A DNA stretch of 64,000 bases from Camelus dromedarius. Lineage: Eukaryota. Made by a program: the position numbers and the translations under genes. Location of the stretch: assembly GCF_036321535.1 (NCBI RefSeq), contig NC_087436.1, positions 28,832,001 through 28,896,000 of the forward strand. Reading direction: 5' to 3'. This document shows, piece after piece, positions 52,605 to 64,000 of this stretch. Position 1 is the first letter of the stretch. The number at the start of each line of letters is the position of its first letter. A model generated the notes under the pieces. It made no database searches, was not told the DNA's origin, and was given only the letters and a program-made list of their open reading frames with translations.

Positions 52605-53320
52605 GGTCAATCATGTTCACTCAGTCCACCAACTTTTAGTGAGAATTCACTCTGTGCCAGACATTGTCTGTATTCTGGGGAAACAGGAGAATAAAAATAC
52701 TCCCATTGTCAAGGAGAAGACAGAAAATTAGCAGATAAATAAATATATACACATAGAGGGATATCATGTACAGCTTAAAAAACAGTGATGGGGATTGACG
52801 TCTTAGGTAACAGGTCCAGGAAGGCTTTGAGGAGAGATGGTGATTGAGCCAAAAACAGTATGAAGAAGGAAGCAGGCAAAGGGAGCAGGAAGTGTGAGGC
52901 CTGGATGCAGGAGTGTACTTGATGTGTTTGTGAAACATAGAGGGGGCAGGTGTACCCAAAAATCAAAGGAGCAGAAAGGGAAATTGGTAAGAAGGAAAAC
53001 CTAAGATGACCCAGGATTCAGTTTATAGAATTCACAGGACAGAGTAAGAACTTCGAATCCTAATCTAAAAGTGCCGTTAAAGGGTGACATAATTCTGTTT
53101 TCATTTAAAGGGTGAGGTTGGGAAACAGCCAGAATACCAGTTGGTGAGCATTGAGGTGTCTGTCCTGGCAAGAGTTGGTGGTGGCTTTGACTTGGTGTTA
53201 ATGGTGAAGGTAGTGTAACAGTTTTGTCTGAGATATATTTTAAAAGTAGAACAGAACTAGCTGATGGGTTAGGCACAGAGTTGGAGAAAAAAAAAAAAAA
53301 AGAGGCATCAAGAACTTTTT
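52605..53320 (-). mobile_element. L2 3' region
   Basis: CACTCTGTGCCAGACATTG...GGTCCAGGAAGGCTTTGAGGAG...GAGATATATTTTAAAAGTAGAACAGAACTAGCTGATGGGTTAG. Confidence 0.75.
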
Positions 53321-56300
53321 ACAATCTGCTCATTCAAAAATTTATATTAGAAAAATACTCTAGTGTTCCCTTCATGTATAAAAAGCTGTGGAATTTGGGA
53401 AGGTACATGAAAAAAAACCAGTTCATAAATTTACAGAATTTGTGTTTCTCCATCAATTTATTTTCACATTTATAAAATAAATTCTACAGGGTCAGGCCAG
53501 CCAACAGCACATCAATGCCATAGCAGAGTTTGAAATCACTAGTTCCCATTTCCATGATACACAAACAAGCATTTTTCGTTTGTGAAACTTTTTCAGTCTC
53601 CCATGCAAAAAGAAATATAAAAGATGAAACAAGGCTTGAATAATATCATTCGGAATTTCCAGCATATTAAAATGTAAATATTTTTCTTATGTCAACATTT
53701 TCCTTTGAATGCTCACACAGGTTTATTTACTATTATAAACTGACAAAAATCTATGAGAATTCTCAGTTGATCTGGTCAAATCTAATTGCCTCTTGTCACT
53801 AATTCAACTGGCCCTATGCACAATTGGTCTTAATACTGCCAACTTCAATCATGGCAAGAAGAAAAAGAATATATTAAAGTTGCAGAAAAGGTGAGCTATT
53901 TTAATAGTAAAATGTTATCTCAGCCTTTCACTTATTAATACCTCTGCATAGTAGAATGTCTATCATGATTATTTAAAGTGATATTTATTTATTTTCTAGA
54001 TAACCTCTTTCAAAACTTAAAATTATAGCAATGAGAAGGGTGTTGATTAGTTCATGATTATGGAAGGTACATTTTCAACTAAAGGAGCTCTCTAAACCTA
54101 ACAAAGATTCAAATAAACTTGTACCAGGGGACTGACCGAGCAGGCACTCCTACAAACCATTTACTTGATTTACTTTGTCATGAGAATGGAAAGGTAGTCC
54201 TTGCTAAGCTTAATTGAATAACATAGATCAGAATATTATATCCTTGATACATTTATGATTTTTGGAGAGCCAACTGATTTTACATATAACTCCTTTACAT
54301 GAAATATGATACAAGTAGCACTGCAGTGACTGTTTTAGGTCACAAATTTGAAATGTCTTTCTATTATATAATTTCTAAGTCATTTCTCTATGTATCTGTG
54401 TTTGATTGGGTGAAAGTCACATCAGAATGTTTGGCTATAAAACTAAACCTAACTCCACTAGTGTCTTCCAGAGTAGCATCATCAATCTTTTAAAAGGGTG
54501 AATATGACCTTATGATAATGTATCATCCAAAAGACAAGATTTTAAGCCTTACATGGTCTACTTCAGCAAGAAATGACTTATTAACTTGCACTGCTGTTGA
54601 GAGCATTTGTCAGCATTCTTAATTCAAACAGTGACTAGTTCTTCTCAGAGTTAAGAACTGTTGGAAAAATTAGCTATAGATAGTAGTTGACAAAATAAAA
54701 ATAATTTAAGAGTAATGGCTTTTCTTTTACAGAAAGCAACTTTCTCCCATACTTTTCAGTACTGGAAAGCAAATGTATTTTTTAAATTAATTCAATTTTA
54801 GTACCATTAAACTACTTAACAAAAGATCGGAATAATTCTATTTTTTCAGTGTAGAATATTCTGTTGCTCAATTTAGTTATGAAGGAAATGAAATATTATC
54901 AGATTATATATACTGTCAGCATATTATAAGAGAAAGGTCTGTTACTCTCATACATGGAAAAATCAGGAATCTAGCAAATAATACTACTTTCTGTGTAAAA
55001 CTGTTTTCCCACCAGATTGTCTGCCAAGAATTGAAGGTTCATTTTGAGCTCAGATAGAAGCCTCTAGAACCTAATTCATAGAATAAACCACTCTTTGTCT
55101 TGATACTTTACCTTTATTCCACTGAAGCATGTCTGCTACTCTGGTATCCCTCTGATGAGAAAAACACTGATGTTTACATATTAAGATAGTGATGTTCCCA
55201 TATTACTGTTGGTGATATTGTGGGTGTTAGCTTCCATTATGATAAAATGAAAATTCAAGTTAGTCAGTAAAAGCCATAACACCTTTTTAAAAATTGGAAT
55301 ATAAGTTTTTCAGAGGAGTTGGTACCAATGACATATGAGGAATTTCATTTCAGCATATCTAAAATATACCTCCAATACAGTCAAATGTCCTCTTCCTTTT
55401 TCTCCTGTTTGGAGTTGCCCTGTAACAAAATATCCAACTATCAATGGATTTTCAACTGAAAAAACTCAGATGAACGTTTAAAGGGAATAAATGAAACTTT
55501 TTCTTTGGGCACCAAAAGTTTCAAAAGTTTTAAATACTTTTATTGGTATCACTACATAATTGTTTATACTCATAATATCAAAATGTATTTAGGAATGCAA
55601 AAGATTTTATTTTTCTCTTTGATATGTATTTCTTCCATTTTATCAGTATTAAACTTTTTTTCTGTGAAACTGATGATGAAAAAGTATATAAAATTTTCTG
55701 AACATTATCCCTCTTCCAAGTTCCAATGTAGAATGTTGCTGTGAAAATTGTCCTTAGCTTTGATATTTGCTTGATGTACTGAATTACTGCAAGGAAGTTA
55801 ACATTCTGAAATATTACCTCATTGCTTTATTTCTTTAAACATAAAACAGAAGGTAATGTGGTTATTGAAGGATAGACTTTCTTCATTTAAAATCTGAGCA
55901 CAAACTTAATAAAATCAAGTATTCTGATGTATTGACTTTACAGATATTAATTAGTTATCTATATTTATTCACATGATGATAATTCACAGATTATCCCAGA
56001 AAAAAATAACAAAACTAAATATATTGGACCATATAAGTTTGATTAATTTTTATAATATTTCTTTAATTTTGTCTTTTTCTGCCCTCAAAGCATCGTTTTA
56101 ACATTTGATTTGCCAACTACTGTGTATATTTGCATAAACCCATACTTAACATTTATTCTATAGGCTTCTCGACAAAAATCTAAGTTAGCTTATAAGGTCA
56201 GAATGTAAGATTTGTAAATGTTACAACAGTAAACCTGATAGTTTACAAGAATGATATATCAGACATCAAACATTGTGCTCTAGAAAGCAAATGCCTCCTC

Positions 56301-56784
56301 CCTGAAAGTAGTAAAATAAGTCAATGTCTAACTGCTTTGATATTGGGATGTAAACTATTAAAATATTTCTGGTGTATCAAAAATTTATTTTAAGCCTTAT
56401 CTTTCTCTTAAAATTATTCTTAGATTCACACTGATGTTGTCTTTTAGAGAAAATTGTCATTCCATTCCTCTCTATGAGAATATGTGTGTATGCTTTAAGT
56501 AATTTTAAATAAGGCACCTTCTTAAAAGATGACAGTTTGTAATACAATGATAAGAAATGATTTTTTTTCATATAGACACACAGAGCCAAAACAAGGTCAA
56601 ACTTCCTGTATTCTGTGATTTTAAGGTTTAGATTTTTAGCTTTGTTTTAGATATATAGGTCTGAAATTTTATTTTTGATTCATAAATAATATTAGATATT
56701 TTAGCTTATTCTGTATTAATTGATACACTATATTAAAATGTAATGTTGATTAGCAATGTGTTTTGTTGCATTTGTTTTTCTAAT

Positions 56785-58165
56785 TTCTACTTCTGACAAC
56801 GATAGGTTTATATTCTAATCTGAATATAGTACAAAAAGCACCCATCTGATAGTGCTAATAGGTGGATATATTCACACGGTCTTTGATGGGTGTATGTATT
56901 CAGAGGAGGAAAGGGTTACTATGTAAAGGGGATTCCTTTTCTTGTGCCTGTTGGTCTGGGACTGAGCGCAGTTGAAAATGTGAGAGATGAGACAGGGTAA
57001 AGGTAGATAAAATAATAATCTTTCTCGAGGGAACCAGAAAACTTAAGGTAGGAAAACTATGGCTGCTGGAAGGAAGTGTTAAATTTTAGAGAAAAAAAGA
57101 TCCAGGAAGGAGATACCTAAATTTTGTCTAATAAAATTTCTGACTCCTGCACCAGGAATGAACGAACAGATTTAAATTAACTCTGCTAAAGACAAAATAA
57201 CACAACTGCATCCAGAGTTGTAACATAAGAAACAGAGTTTATAGATCAAGTTCTGCTGAGATAATTGCCCACTAAAGGAAAAGAAACAACACACACTGAA
57301 AAAAAATGACAAAATAAAAATCTCCACACTCTGTAATATTCATGATGTCCAGGATAAAACTCCAAATATACTGATGTTAGAAGAACTTTTAAGGTGGAAC
57401 ACATTCTCAAGAGAAAAGAAATCAATCGAGATCAAATTTGACATGATTATGTTGATACTAGCAATCCAGGATTGTAAAGGGATTATTATAACTCTCCTCA
57501 CTGAAGCCAAACAAAATATATTTACAATGATGGGAAAGATAGGAAGTATCAGTAGAGAAAAAGAAATGGTAAAACTAGTCAACTGCAAATTCTAGAAACT
57601 GAAAGTGCAAATTTCAAAATTAAAAAAATTACTGGATATAATCTCTCCATGGAATTGATAGAGAAATTAGTGAATGACATAGAATATAGGTCAGTAGAAA
57701 TCATAAAGTTAAAGAAAAGAAACAGACATAAAATGCTAGATTTAAATTTAACTACATGAATAATTACGTTAAAAACTATAACTAAAAGAAATAAATTGTC
57801 AGAATAGATTAATAATAAAGAAAAACACAAACAAAACAACACCCAAATATATGTTCTACAAGAGATGCACTTTAAATGTAAAGACACAGATAGGCTAAAA
57901 GCAAATGAATGGAGAAAAATAAAACATAGTAATTATAATACAGGTGATATGGTAATATTAATATAAGATAAAATAGAGTCAAAACAGAAAGTATTGCCAG
58001 ATTTAAAAAGGGAAGGGTAGTTCACGATGATAGAAGCTCATTTCATGAGATAAGAGTCATAAGTGTGTATGTTCCTATAACAGAATTTCAAAATACACGA
58101 AGAAAAATTGACAAAATAAAAGAAAGGAATGAATAAATTCTCAATGATATATAGAATTTTTTCAA
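56785..58165 (+). mobile_element. Old L1 (L1MC/L1MD-like): 5' region, ORF1 and ORF2-endonuclease remnants
   Basis: ORF1-like AACAAAATATATTTACAATGATGGGAAAGATAGGAAGTATCAGTAGAGAA and endonuclease-like CCCAAATATATGTTCTACAAGAGATGCACTTTAAATGTAAAGACACAGATAGGCTAAAAG. The same L1 appears to continue at ~59065-59100 and 60620-60750. Confidence 0.75.
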
Positions 58166-58617
58166 TCTTTTTATTAAAAATTTTATTGAGGTATAGTTGG
58201 TATACAATTATATAATTTATAGGTCTGCAATATAGTGTTCACAATTTTTAAGGTTACATACTTTATTTATAGTTACTAGAAAACATTGGCTATATTCACC
58301 ATGTTGTATAATATATCCTTGTAGCTTATTTTGTACATAATATTTAGTACCTCTTAATCCTCTACCCCTAAGTTGTCCCTCCCTACTTTCCTCTACCCAC
58401 TGCTAATCATTAGTTTGTTCTCTGCATCTGTGAATCTGCTTCTTTTTTGTTATATTCACTAATTTGTTGCATTTTTCAGATTCTAAGTATAAGTTATATC
58501 ATACAGTATTTGTCCTTCCCTGTCTGACTTACTTCACTTAGCATAATACCCACCAAGTCCATCTATGTTGCTGCAGATGGCAAAATTTTATTCTTTTTTA
58601 TGGCTGAGTAGTACTCC

Positions 58618-58668
<51 letters not shown>

Positions 58669-59052
58669 ATCTTCTTTATCCACTCATCTGTTGATGAACG
58701 CTTAGGTTGCTTCCATATCTTGGCAATTGTAAATAATGCCACTGTGAACACTGGGGTGCATGTATCTTTTCAAATTAGTGTTTTTGTTTTCTTCAGATAT
58801 ATACTCAGGAGTGGAATTGCTGGGTCATATAGTAGTTCTAGTTTTAGTTTTTTGAGAAATCTCCGTACTGTTTTCCACAGTGGCTGCAAGAATTTACATT
58901 CCCATCAATGGTGTAGGAGGGTTCCCTTTTCTCCACATCGTGTCAAGATTTGTCACTTTTGTTCTTTTTGATGATGGCCATTCTGACAGGTGAGGAGGTA
59001 TCTCACTGCCGTTTTGATTTGCACTTCTCTGACAATTAGTGATGCTTAGCAC
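58166..59052 (-). mobile_element. Younger L1 3' portion (ORF2 C-terminus and 3' UTR), antisense
   Basis: The ORF at 58563-58751 reads [28 protein letters not shown]...[14 protein letters not shown], the canonical L1 ORF2 C-terminus. The T-rich tail is at ~58166-58190. Confidence 0.9.
58620..58666. repeat. (TG)n microsatellite, ~23 units, inside L1
   Basis: Seen directly. Confidence 0.95.
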
Positions 59053-59104
59053 TGAGTCCTGGGACGTAGCTCTATTTCTCAAGGAGATCAACAAATCCAT
59101 TAGT

Positions 59105-60196
59105 GGTAAATTAACTAAATTGGCACTCTTTCATTCTAGAAGATTCAGTATTTTTTTTCTCATAGGGAAAGATAGCTACTCTGGGTATAGCTTTTCCAAT
59201 CTGTCTGCAGAACCTCAGCAAGAACCAACATACGAATGTTTACAAAATGCTTGATCCACAAGTGTGGGGTCCCATATAACATAGCACCCAATAAAGAACC
59301 TTGTTTACAGATAAGGAGGTGTGAAAATAGGCCCATGACCATGGGCTTCACAGAAGCAATTGTTCCCACAGAGGGCTGGAATAGCCTAATGAAGGTACAG
59401 CTGAAGCAACAACATAGAAGCAATGCCCTGAGAGGATGTGTATCATTCTTCAGGATGCAGTATATATGTTAAATCTATATGGAACTATTTCTCCAATAGG
59501 AAGAAGACATGGAATCAAATACTAATCAGTGGAAACAAGAGTGGACCCATTTGCTGTCAGTCAATAACTCAGTTGGATATTTTGCTTCTTGTACCAAAAC
59601 TCTGGGGTTGGAAATTTTAGTCCACAAAGAATACACACTCTTTCTAGAGAATACTACAAGGATTTCATTAACCTGAAAGATACCACTACTGCAGGATAGT
59701 TTGGACTTTCTAGTTTGAGAAAAGAGTCACTATCTTGGAAGGGATAATTGGCCCTGATCAACAGGAGGTTGTGTGAGTTTTGCACAATGGTGACTAGGAG
59801 AGAGATGGAACACAAGTTATCTATATGGGCAGCTCTTGGTTTTGCCTTGCCTGTTTATAATAGTGAATGGACAAGTGCAGCAAGCTGGTCTGAGGAGGCA
59901 GTATGACCACCAAGGGCTCAGATCACTTAGGAACAGGCATCAGAGTCATGCCATCAAGGAATCATGAAGACCGGCCAATGTGATGGATGAACATGAGGGG
60001 AGCTTAGAATACAATGGGAAGAAGTAAATGAAGTACCAGTTGTGCCCCAAGATCAACTGCCATAGGGGTTGTAATTCATCCTACCAACGTCACTCTGCTC
60101 AATTTCTCCTCAGGAAGAGAGACTCACAGGATTCACGCAAGAGCTGCTCCCAGAATCTGCCTGGGTAAGTGCTTCTCTTTGGTGTAAGCTGTAGAC
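59105..60196 (+). mobile_element. ERV-L internal 3' region (integrase and downstream), decayed
   Basis: ORF pieces IGKDSYSGYSF and TKCLIHKCGVPYNIA match the ERV-L integrase core (GIDTYSGYGF...TECLIHRHGIPHSIASD). Frameshifted. Confidence 0.8.
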
Positions 60197-60616
60197 TGTG
60201 GCATCCATGAAAGTGTTCTGCTCAAATCCCGTTCAAGAAAAACTAATGTGGAGAGTGTAACTGACTGGTGGCCTTACCACAGTTGACATTCACTCAAGAA
60301 TCACTCTCAGTTAAAGACAAGACAAGATACCAGTCCTGGCCCATTCCTACCTAATGCAAGATTTCTCTAATTCAGAAACCCATTGTCATGGTCAAAGCTT
60401 TCTCAGAACTGTACTTTGTCAGAAGGTCTTTCCAACCAATCCTTCCTTTTCTTTCTCTTTTCACAGTCATCAGAGCTGCATTATGATCTGGAGGTTTTCA
60501 CAGCTGATTTCTGTTCCCTCCTCATCTTTTGTACTTCATGGATATTCCCACAGGAACTGTTTTGCACAATAAATCTCACCTTGGTCTTTGCTTTTAGGAG
60601 GAATCAAACTGACACA
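60197..60616 (+). mobile_element. LTR16-family 3' LTR (LTR16A/B-like), complete
   Basis: TGTGGCATCCATGAAAGTGTTCTGCTCAAATCCCGTTCAAGAAA...AGGAATCAAACTGACACA, with TG...CA termini, directly after the ERV-L internal sequence. Confidence 0.8.
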
Positions 60617-60619
60617 ACT

Positions 60620-60752
60620 GATACAGTTGATAAGCTTCTGGCCAAACTGTTCAAGAAAATACAAGAAGACACAAATGACAAATATCAAGAATGAAAGTGG
60701 ACATCACTACAGATCTTAAAGACTTCAAGATGATGATAATGGAATATTATGT
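60620..60752 (+). mobile_element. L1 ORF2 fragment
   Basis: Encodes VDKLLAKLFKK... followed by GACATCACTACAGAT (DITTD). Confidence 0.75.
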
Positions 60753-62394
60753 GTGTTTTTTTCAAGAAAGAGGGAAATTTAACAAATTTCAAAAATCTAT
60801 TCTGACTTTTGAGTCATACAGTTCTGCAGTGTTGTGCCATGGGTAGAGTAATAATTCCTGGAACAAATGGACTAGAAAATTGAATTTTAAGTAAAATTAA
60901 CATAATTTTGCTATTTCCACATCAGCAGATTTGCAATGATTTTTTTAAAGTAGGAAGGGTGAAAATACAATATTTCAAAGATAATTTTTGAACAGAAGAG
61001 CTATATCTTGTTAATAACTTTATCTCTTTTAAAATTTATCTCTAATGAAAACAGGAATCACTCAAAATTATGGTTAAGATCTCTGTTAACTCCATGTAAC
61101 TGATGATTTTTCAAATTGTACTTGATTATCTCAAAACTCTCCACTCTGGCACAAGGTATGTGGGAAAAAAACATAATACTGGAGACCCTAATCCAATTGA
61201 GACCACCTTTTCAATTACAATTAGTAATCAGATCTGAGAATAAATTCCTTAGTGATCTTTCTAAAAGTAGGGTAGATAAGTTTGTCCAAGTTTCTATTAA
61301 CTAGACATTTTTTTCCCTTAATATGGAAAAGTCACCTAGACAGGTGATTTAATGAAATAAGATATCTTTTCATGAGTGCTAGCAAAGTGATAACGGGCAG
61401 GAGTATGTCACTATCATCTGTGAAAATGTCCATGTATTTCCTTAGTTAAATAGAGGAAAACTGAGGGAAAAAAATCTTCAGGAAAACAAGGAAAGTAATT
61501 ATTATGGACAGAGACCTGAATATAGAGAAACATTCCTGAAGTATTTATAGAAGTTTAATTCTTGCAATTCTTAGTTCTCCAGATTTCCTACCTGGATTCA
61601 TATTTGTTTAAGAAAGAACAAAATAGTCATTTAAATGTTAGATTAAAAGTGCATATTAGATTCTGTTGCTTTTAAAACATTTCTATTCCTCCTGTACTAG
61701 GTTCTTGCCCCAGGCAAAATCCAATGCCTAATGCAAATATTGAAAAGGAAGAAGGAAAAAAGAAACCTCAAGAGACACACAAAGATATCTTAGGATTTTG
61801 AACAATCAAAAAGGCAAAGGTCATGAGTTTTTTGAAAACTCCTTTGAGGGAAAAATTGATCCATTTCTTTAATGTTCTTCACAACAAGGATTAATTCTTT
61901 TTGAGTACTTTAAATAATATAAGGGAAAACCCATTAAGGAGAGGAGACTCAATTCACTGCCCTGGCCCTCCTGATCCATGTGAGAACTTTCAAAACCAAT
62001 TTTAGACTAGTAATCTTCTCTATCGATTTTGATTTTTATATTATCTTAAATCCAGAGAGAATTTATTTCATTCTAAAAACATAGATTAAAATAACCAAAT
62101 AATTCTCTATCTCATTAGTTGCTACCAAGAAGCTCTCCAAACACTTGCAAAAATTTTTGAGTACAGGTAGGAGACAAAGAGTAAGGGATAAGAAGAATAT
62201 AAATTGAAATTTTATCAATTTGTTATGTTATAATCTATTCTGCTCATCATTCTGAAATATTATCTTTTATCTTTATCTTAAATAATGTATCATATATATA
62301 AAGTCATAAATAATAGTAAAACATTATTCTGTTTGTAACATTAAATGTTATATATAACATTATATTAATATATATATATAAAATATTGACATAC

Positions 62395-62580
62395 CACTTT
62401 ATAGATTGCAAATGTTTTTACCAAATTTAATCTACACAACAACGATGTGAGAGAGGCTTTGTCATTAAATTGCCTTTAATAGTTTGTGCAAAAGCTTCTT
62501 AACTCCTCTGGGCCTTTGTTTCCTTATTATTAAAGGAGGGAAGTATACTAAACGATTTCCAAGCTTCATTCTAGCCAAAA
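62395..62580. mobile_element. MIR/MIR3 fragments
   Basis: TTTAATCTACACAACAACGATGTGAG (-) and CTTAACTCCTCTGGGCCTTTGTTTCCTTA (+). Confidence 0.5.
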
Positions 62581-62689
62581 AAATAATTAATTTTAAATAA
62601 AGATGGCAAGTGCCATAGACTAATAGTCTATCTCCAAAGTAGTTTTCTTTTCTTGTCACACAGCTACAGGTGGTATTATGCACTATGAT

Positions 62690-63670
62690 TTGCTTTAAAC
62701 ATCTTTAAACATGTATATATCACATGCCATAAAAATTTACCAATAAAAAGTGTACGTTCAGTGGCTTTTATTATAGTCACTGTGTTGTGTAACCACGTCA
62801 CAATGTAAGTTGAGAATATTTTATCACCACCCTCCACAAACCCCATGCCTATTAGCCATCCCTTCCCACACTCACACCCAGCCCTAGGCAACCAGTAATC
62901 TTTCTCTTTATATAGATTTGCCTATTCTGGGCATTTTATATACCTGGAATTATATAATACGTGGTCTTCTGTGACTGGCTGCTTTCACTTAGTATGTTTT
63001 CCAGGTCATTCATCTTGTAGCATGTTATGAGTACATCATTCCCTTCTATTGTTAAATAATATCTACTTTTATGGATGTACATTACCTTTGCTTATTCATC
63101 AGTTGATGGACAAATTATTTGTCTCTCTTATGAATAATCCTGCTATGAATATTTGTGAGCAAGTTTTTGAGTTGAACATATATTTTCATTTCTCTTGAAT
63201 ACAGAATTATTGTGCTATATGTTAACTCTACGCCTACTGTTTTTAGGAACTGCCGAACTGTTTTCCATAGAAGGTGCAGTGAGAGTGTTCTGGTCTCTCC
63301 GCTTTCTCACCAATGCTTGCTATTTTCTGTCTTTTTTGTTATTATTATTATAGCTATCTTAGTGGGTATTAAATGGTATCTCATTCTGGTTTTGACTCTT
63401 TCCCAGATGACAAATGATGATATGTTTTCATGTGCTTGTTGATCATTTATGTGTCTTCCTTGGAGAAATGTCTGTACACATCTTTTCCCCACTTATTATT
63501 TGGATTATTTGTCTTTTTATTGTTGAGTCGTACAGTTTATATATTTTAGATACAAATATTTTATTAGATATATAATTTGCAAATATTTCCTCCAACTATG
63601 GGTTGTCTTTGTGGTTTTTTTTTTGATGGTGTTATTTACATCATTTTAAATTCATTGTAGTCCAAATGAT
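62690..63670 (-). mobile_element. L1MB-like 3' region
   Basis: CCCAGCCCTAGGCAACCAGTAATCT...TAGATTTGCCTATTCTGGGCATTTTATATA...CTTGGAGAAATGTCTGTACA. The antisense ORF contains KTRMRYHLIPTKIAII (L1 ORF2). Confidence 0.85.
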
Positions 63671-63679
63671 CTATCTGAC

Positions 63680-64000
63680 TTCCTTCAGTATTTTCTCTTT
63701 GTCTTTGATTTTTCTGCCGTTTGACTATCATATGCATAGGTATAAATTTGGGGGTATTTATCTTGTGATCACTGAGCTTCCTGTATCTGTGGTTTGATTT
63801 CTGTTATTGAATTTGGAAGATTCTCAGCCATTTTACCTCAAGTATCTTGTTTGTTTGTTTGCTTCTTTTTACTCTTTCTGATATTCCCATTAAGCATATG
63901 CTACACGTTTTTGAAATTGTTCAGCACTTTTTGGATACTCGGTTCTCTCTCTCTCTTTTTGTCCCTGCTTTTTAGTTTGGGATGTTTCTGTTGACATAGC
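63680..64000 (-). mobile_element. Old L1 ORF1 remnant, running off the window end
   Basis: CACTGAGCTTCCTGTATCTGTGGTTTGATTTCTG...AATTTGGAAGATTCTCAGCCATT is antisense L1 ORF1 sequence. Confidence 0.7.

Noticed and set aside
13070..60616. Two ERV-L remnants (gag-RT-RNaseH and integrase-LTR) as halves of one provirus split by a large inversion
   Set aside because: Each piece ends in its own LTR16 3' end, apparently of different subtypes, and the second lies within an L1. Independent insertions are simpler.
62270..62390. AT-rich palindromes such as AATGTTATATATAACATT
   Set aside because: Low-complexity TA-rich sequence, where palindromes are expected by chance.

Overview
This is AT-rich, repeat-dense mammalian DNA, almost certainly from a camelid (camel, alpaca or llama). 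The evidence is a tRNA-Ala-derived Vic-1-type SINE at 35.4 kb and camelid/cetartiodactyl-type L1 3' ends. I find no intact protein-coding gene or RNA gene. The supplied ORFs are chance ORFs or decayed ERV-L/L1 frames, so the window is probably intergenic or deep intronic. Recognisable content includes L2 and MIR fossils, several old L1 fragments, two ERV-L proviral remnants (gag-RT-RNaseH at 13-16 kb; integrase-LTR16 at 59-60.6 kb), solo LTRs (MER67-like, a ~1.27 kb ERV1-type LTR, LTR33, MLT1, MLT2), a MER58-type hAT element and microsatellites. The most unusual object is a ~460 bp CpG-rich, promoter-like block at 43.8-44.3 kb, carrying TCTCGCGAGA, an NRF1-like site and a GC box. It splits an L2 fossil and has retroposition-like ends, so it may be a retroposed promoter fragment. 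Other oddities are a ~280 bp inversion inside LTR33 bounded by a 7-bp inverted repeat, a 71-bp fold-back palindrome at an L1 deletion junction, and several repeat-free blocks rich in homeodomain/Sox motifs. Repeat family names come from my recollection of consensus sequences, not from a search. Most boundaries are approximate. I cannot support a claim of a new biological system from sequence alone.
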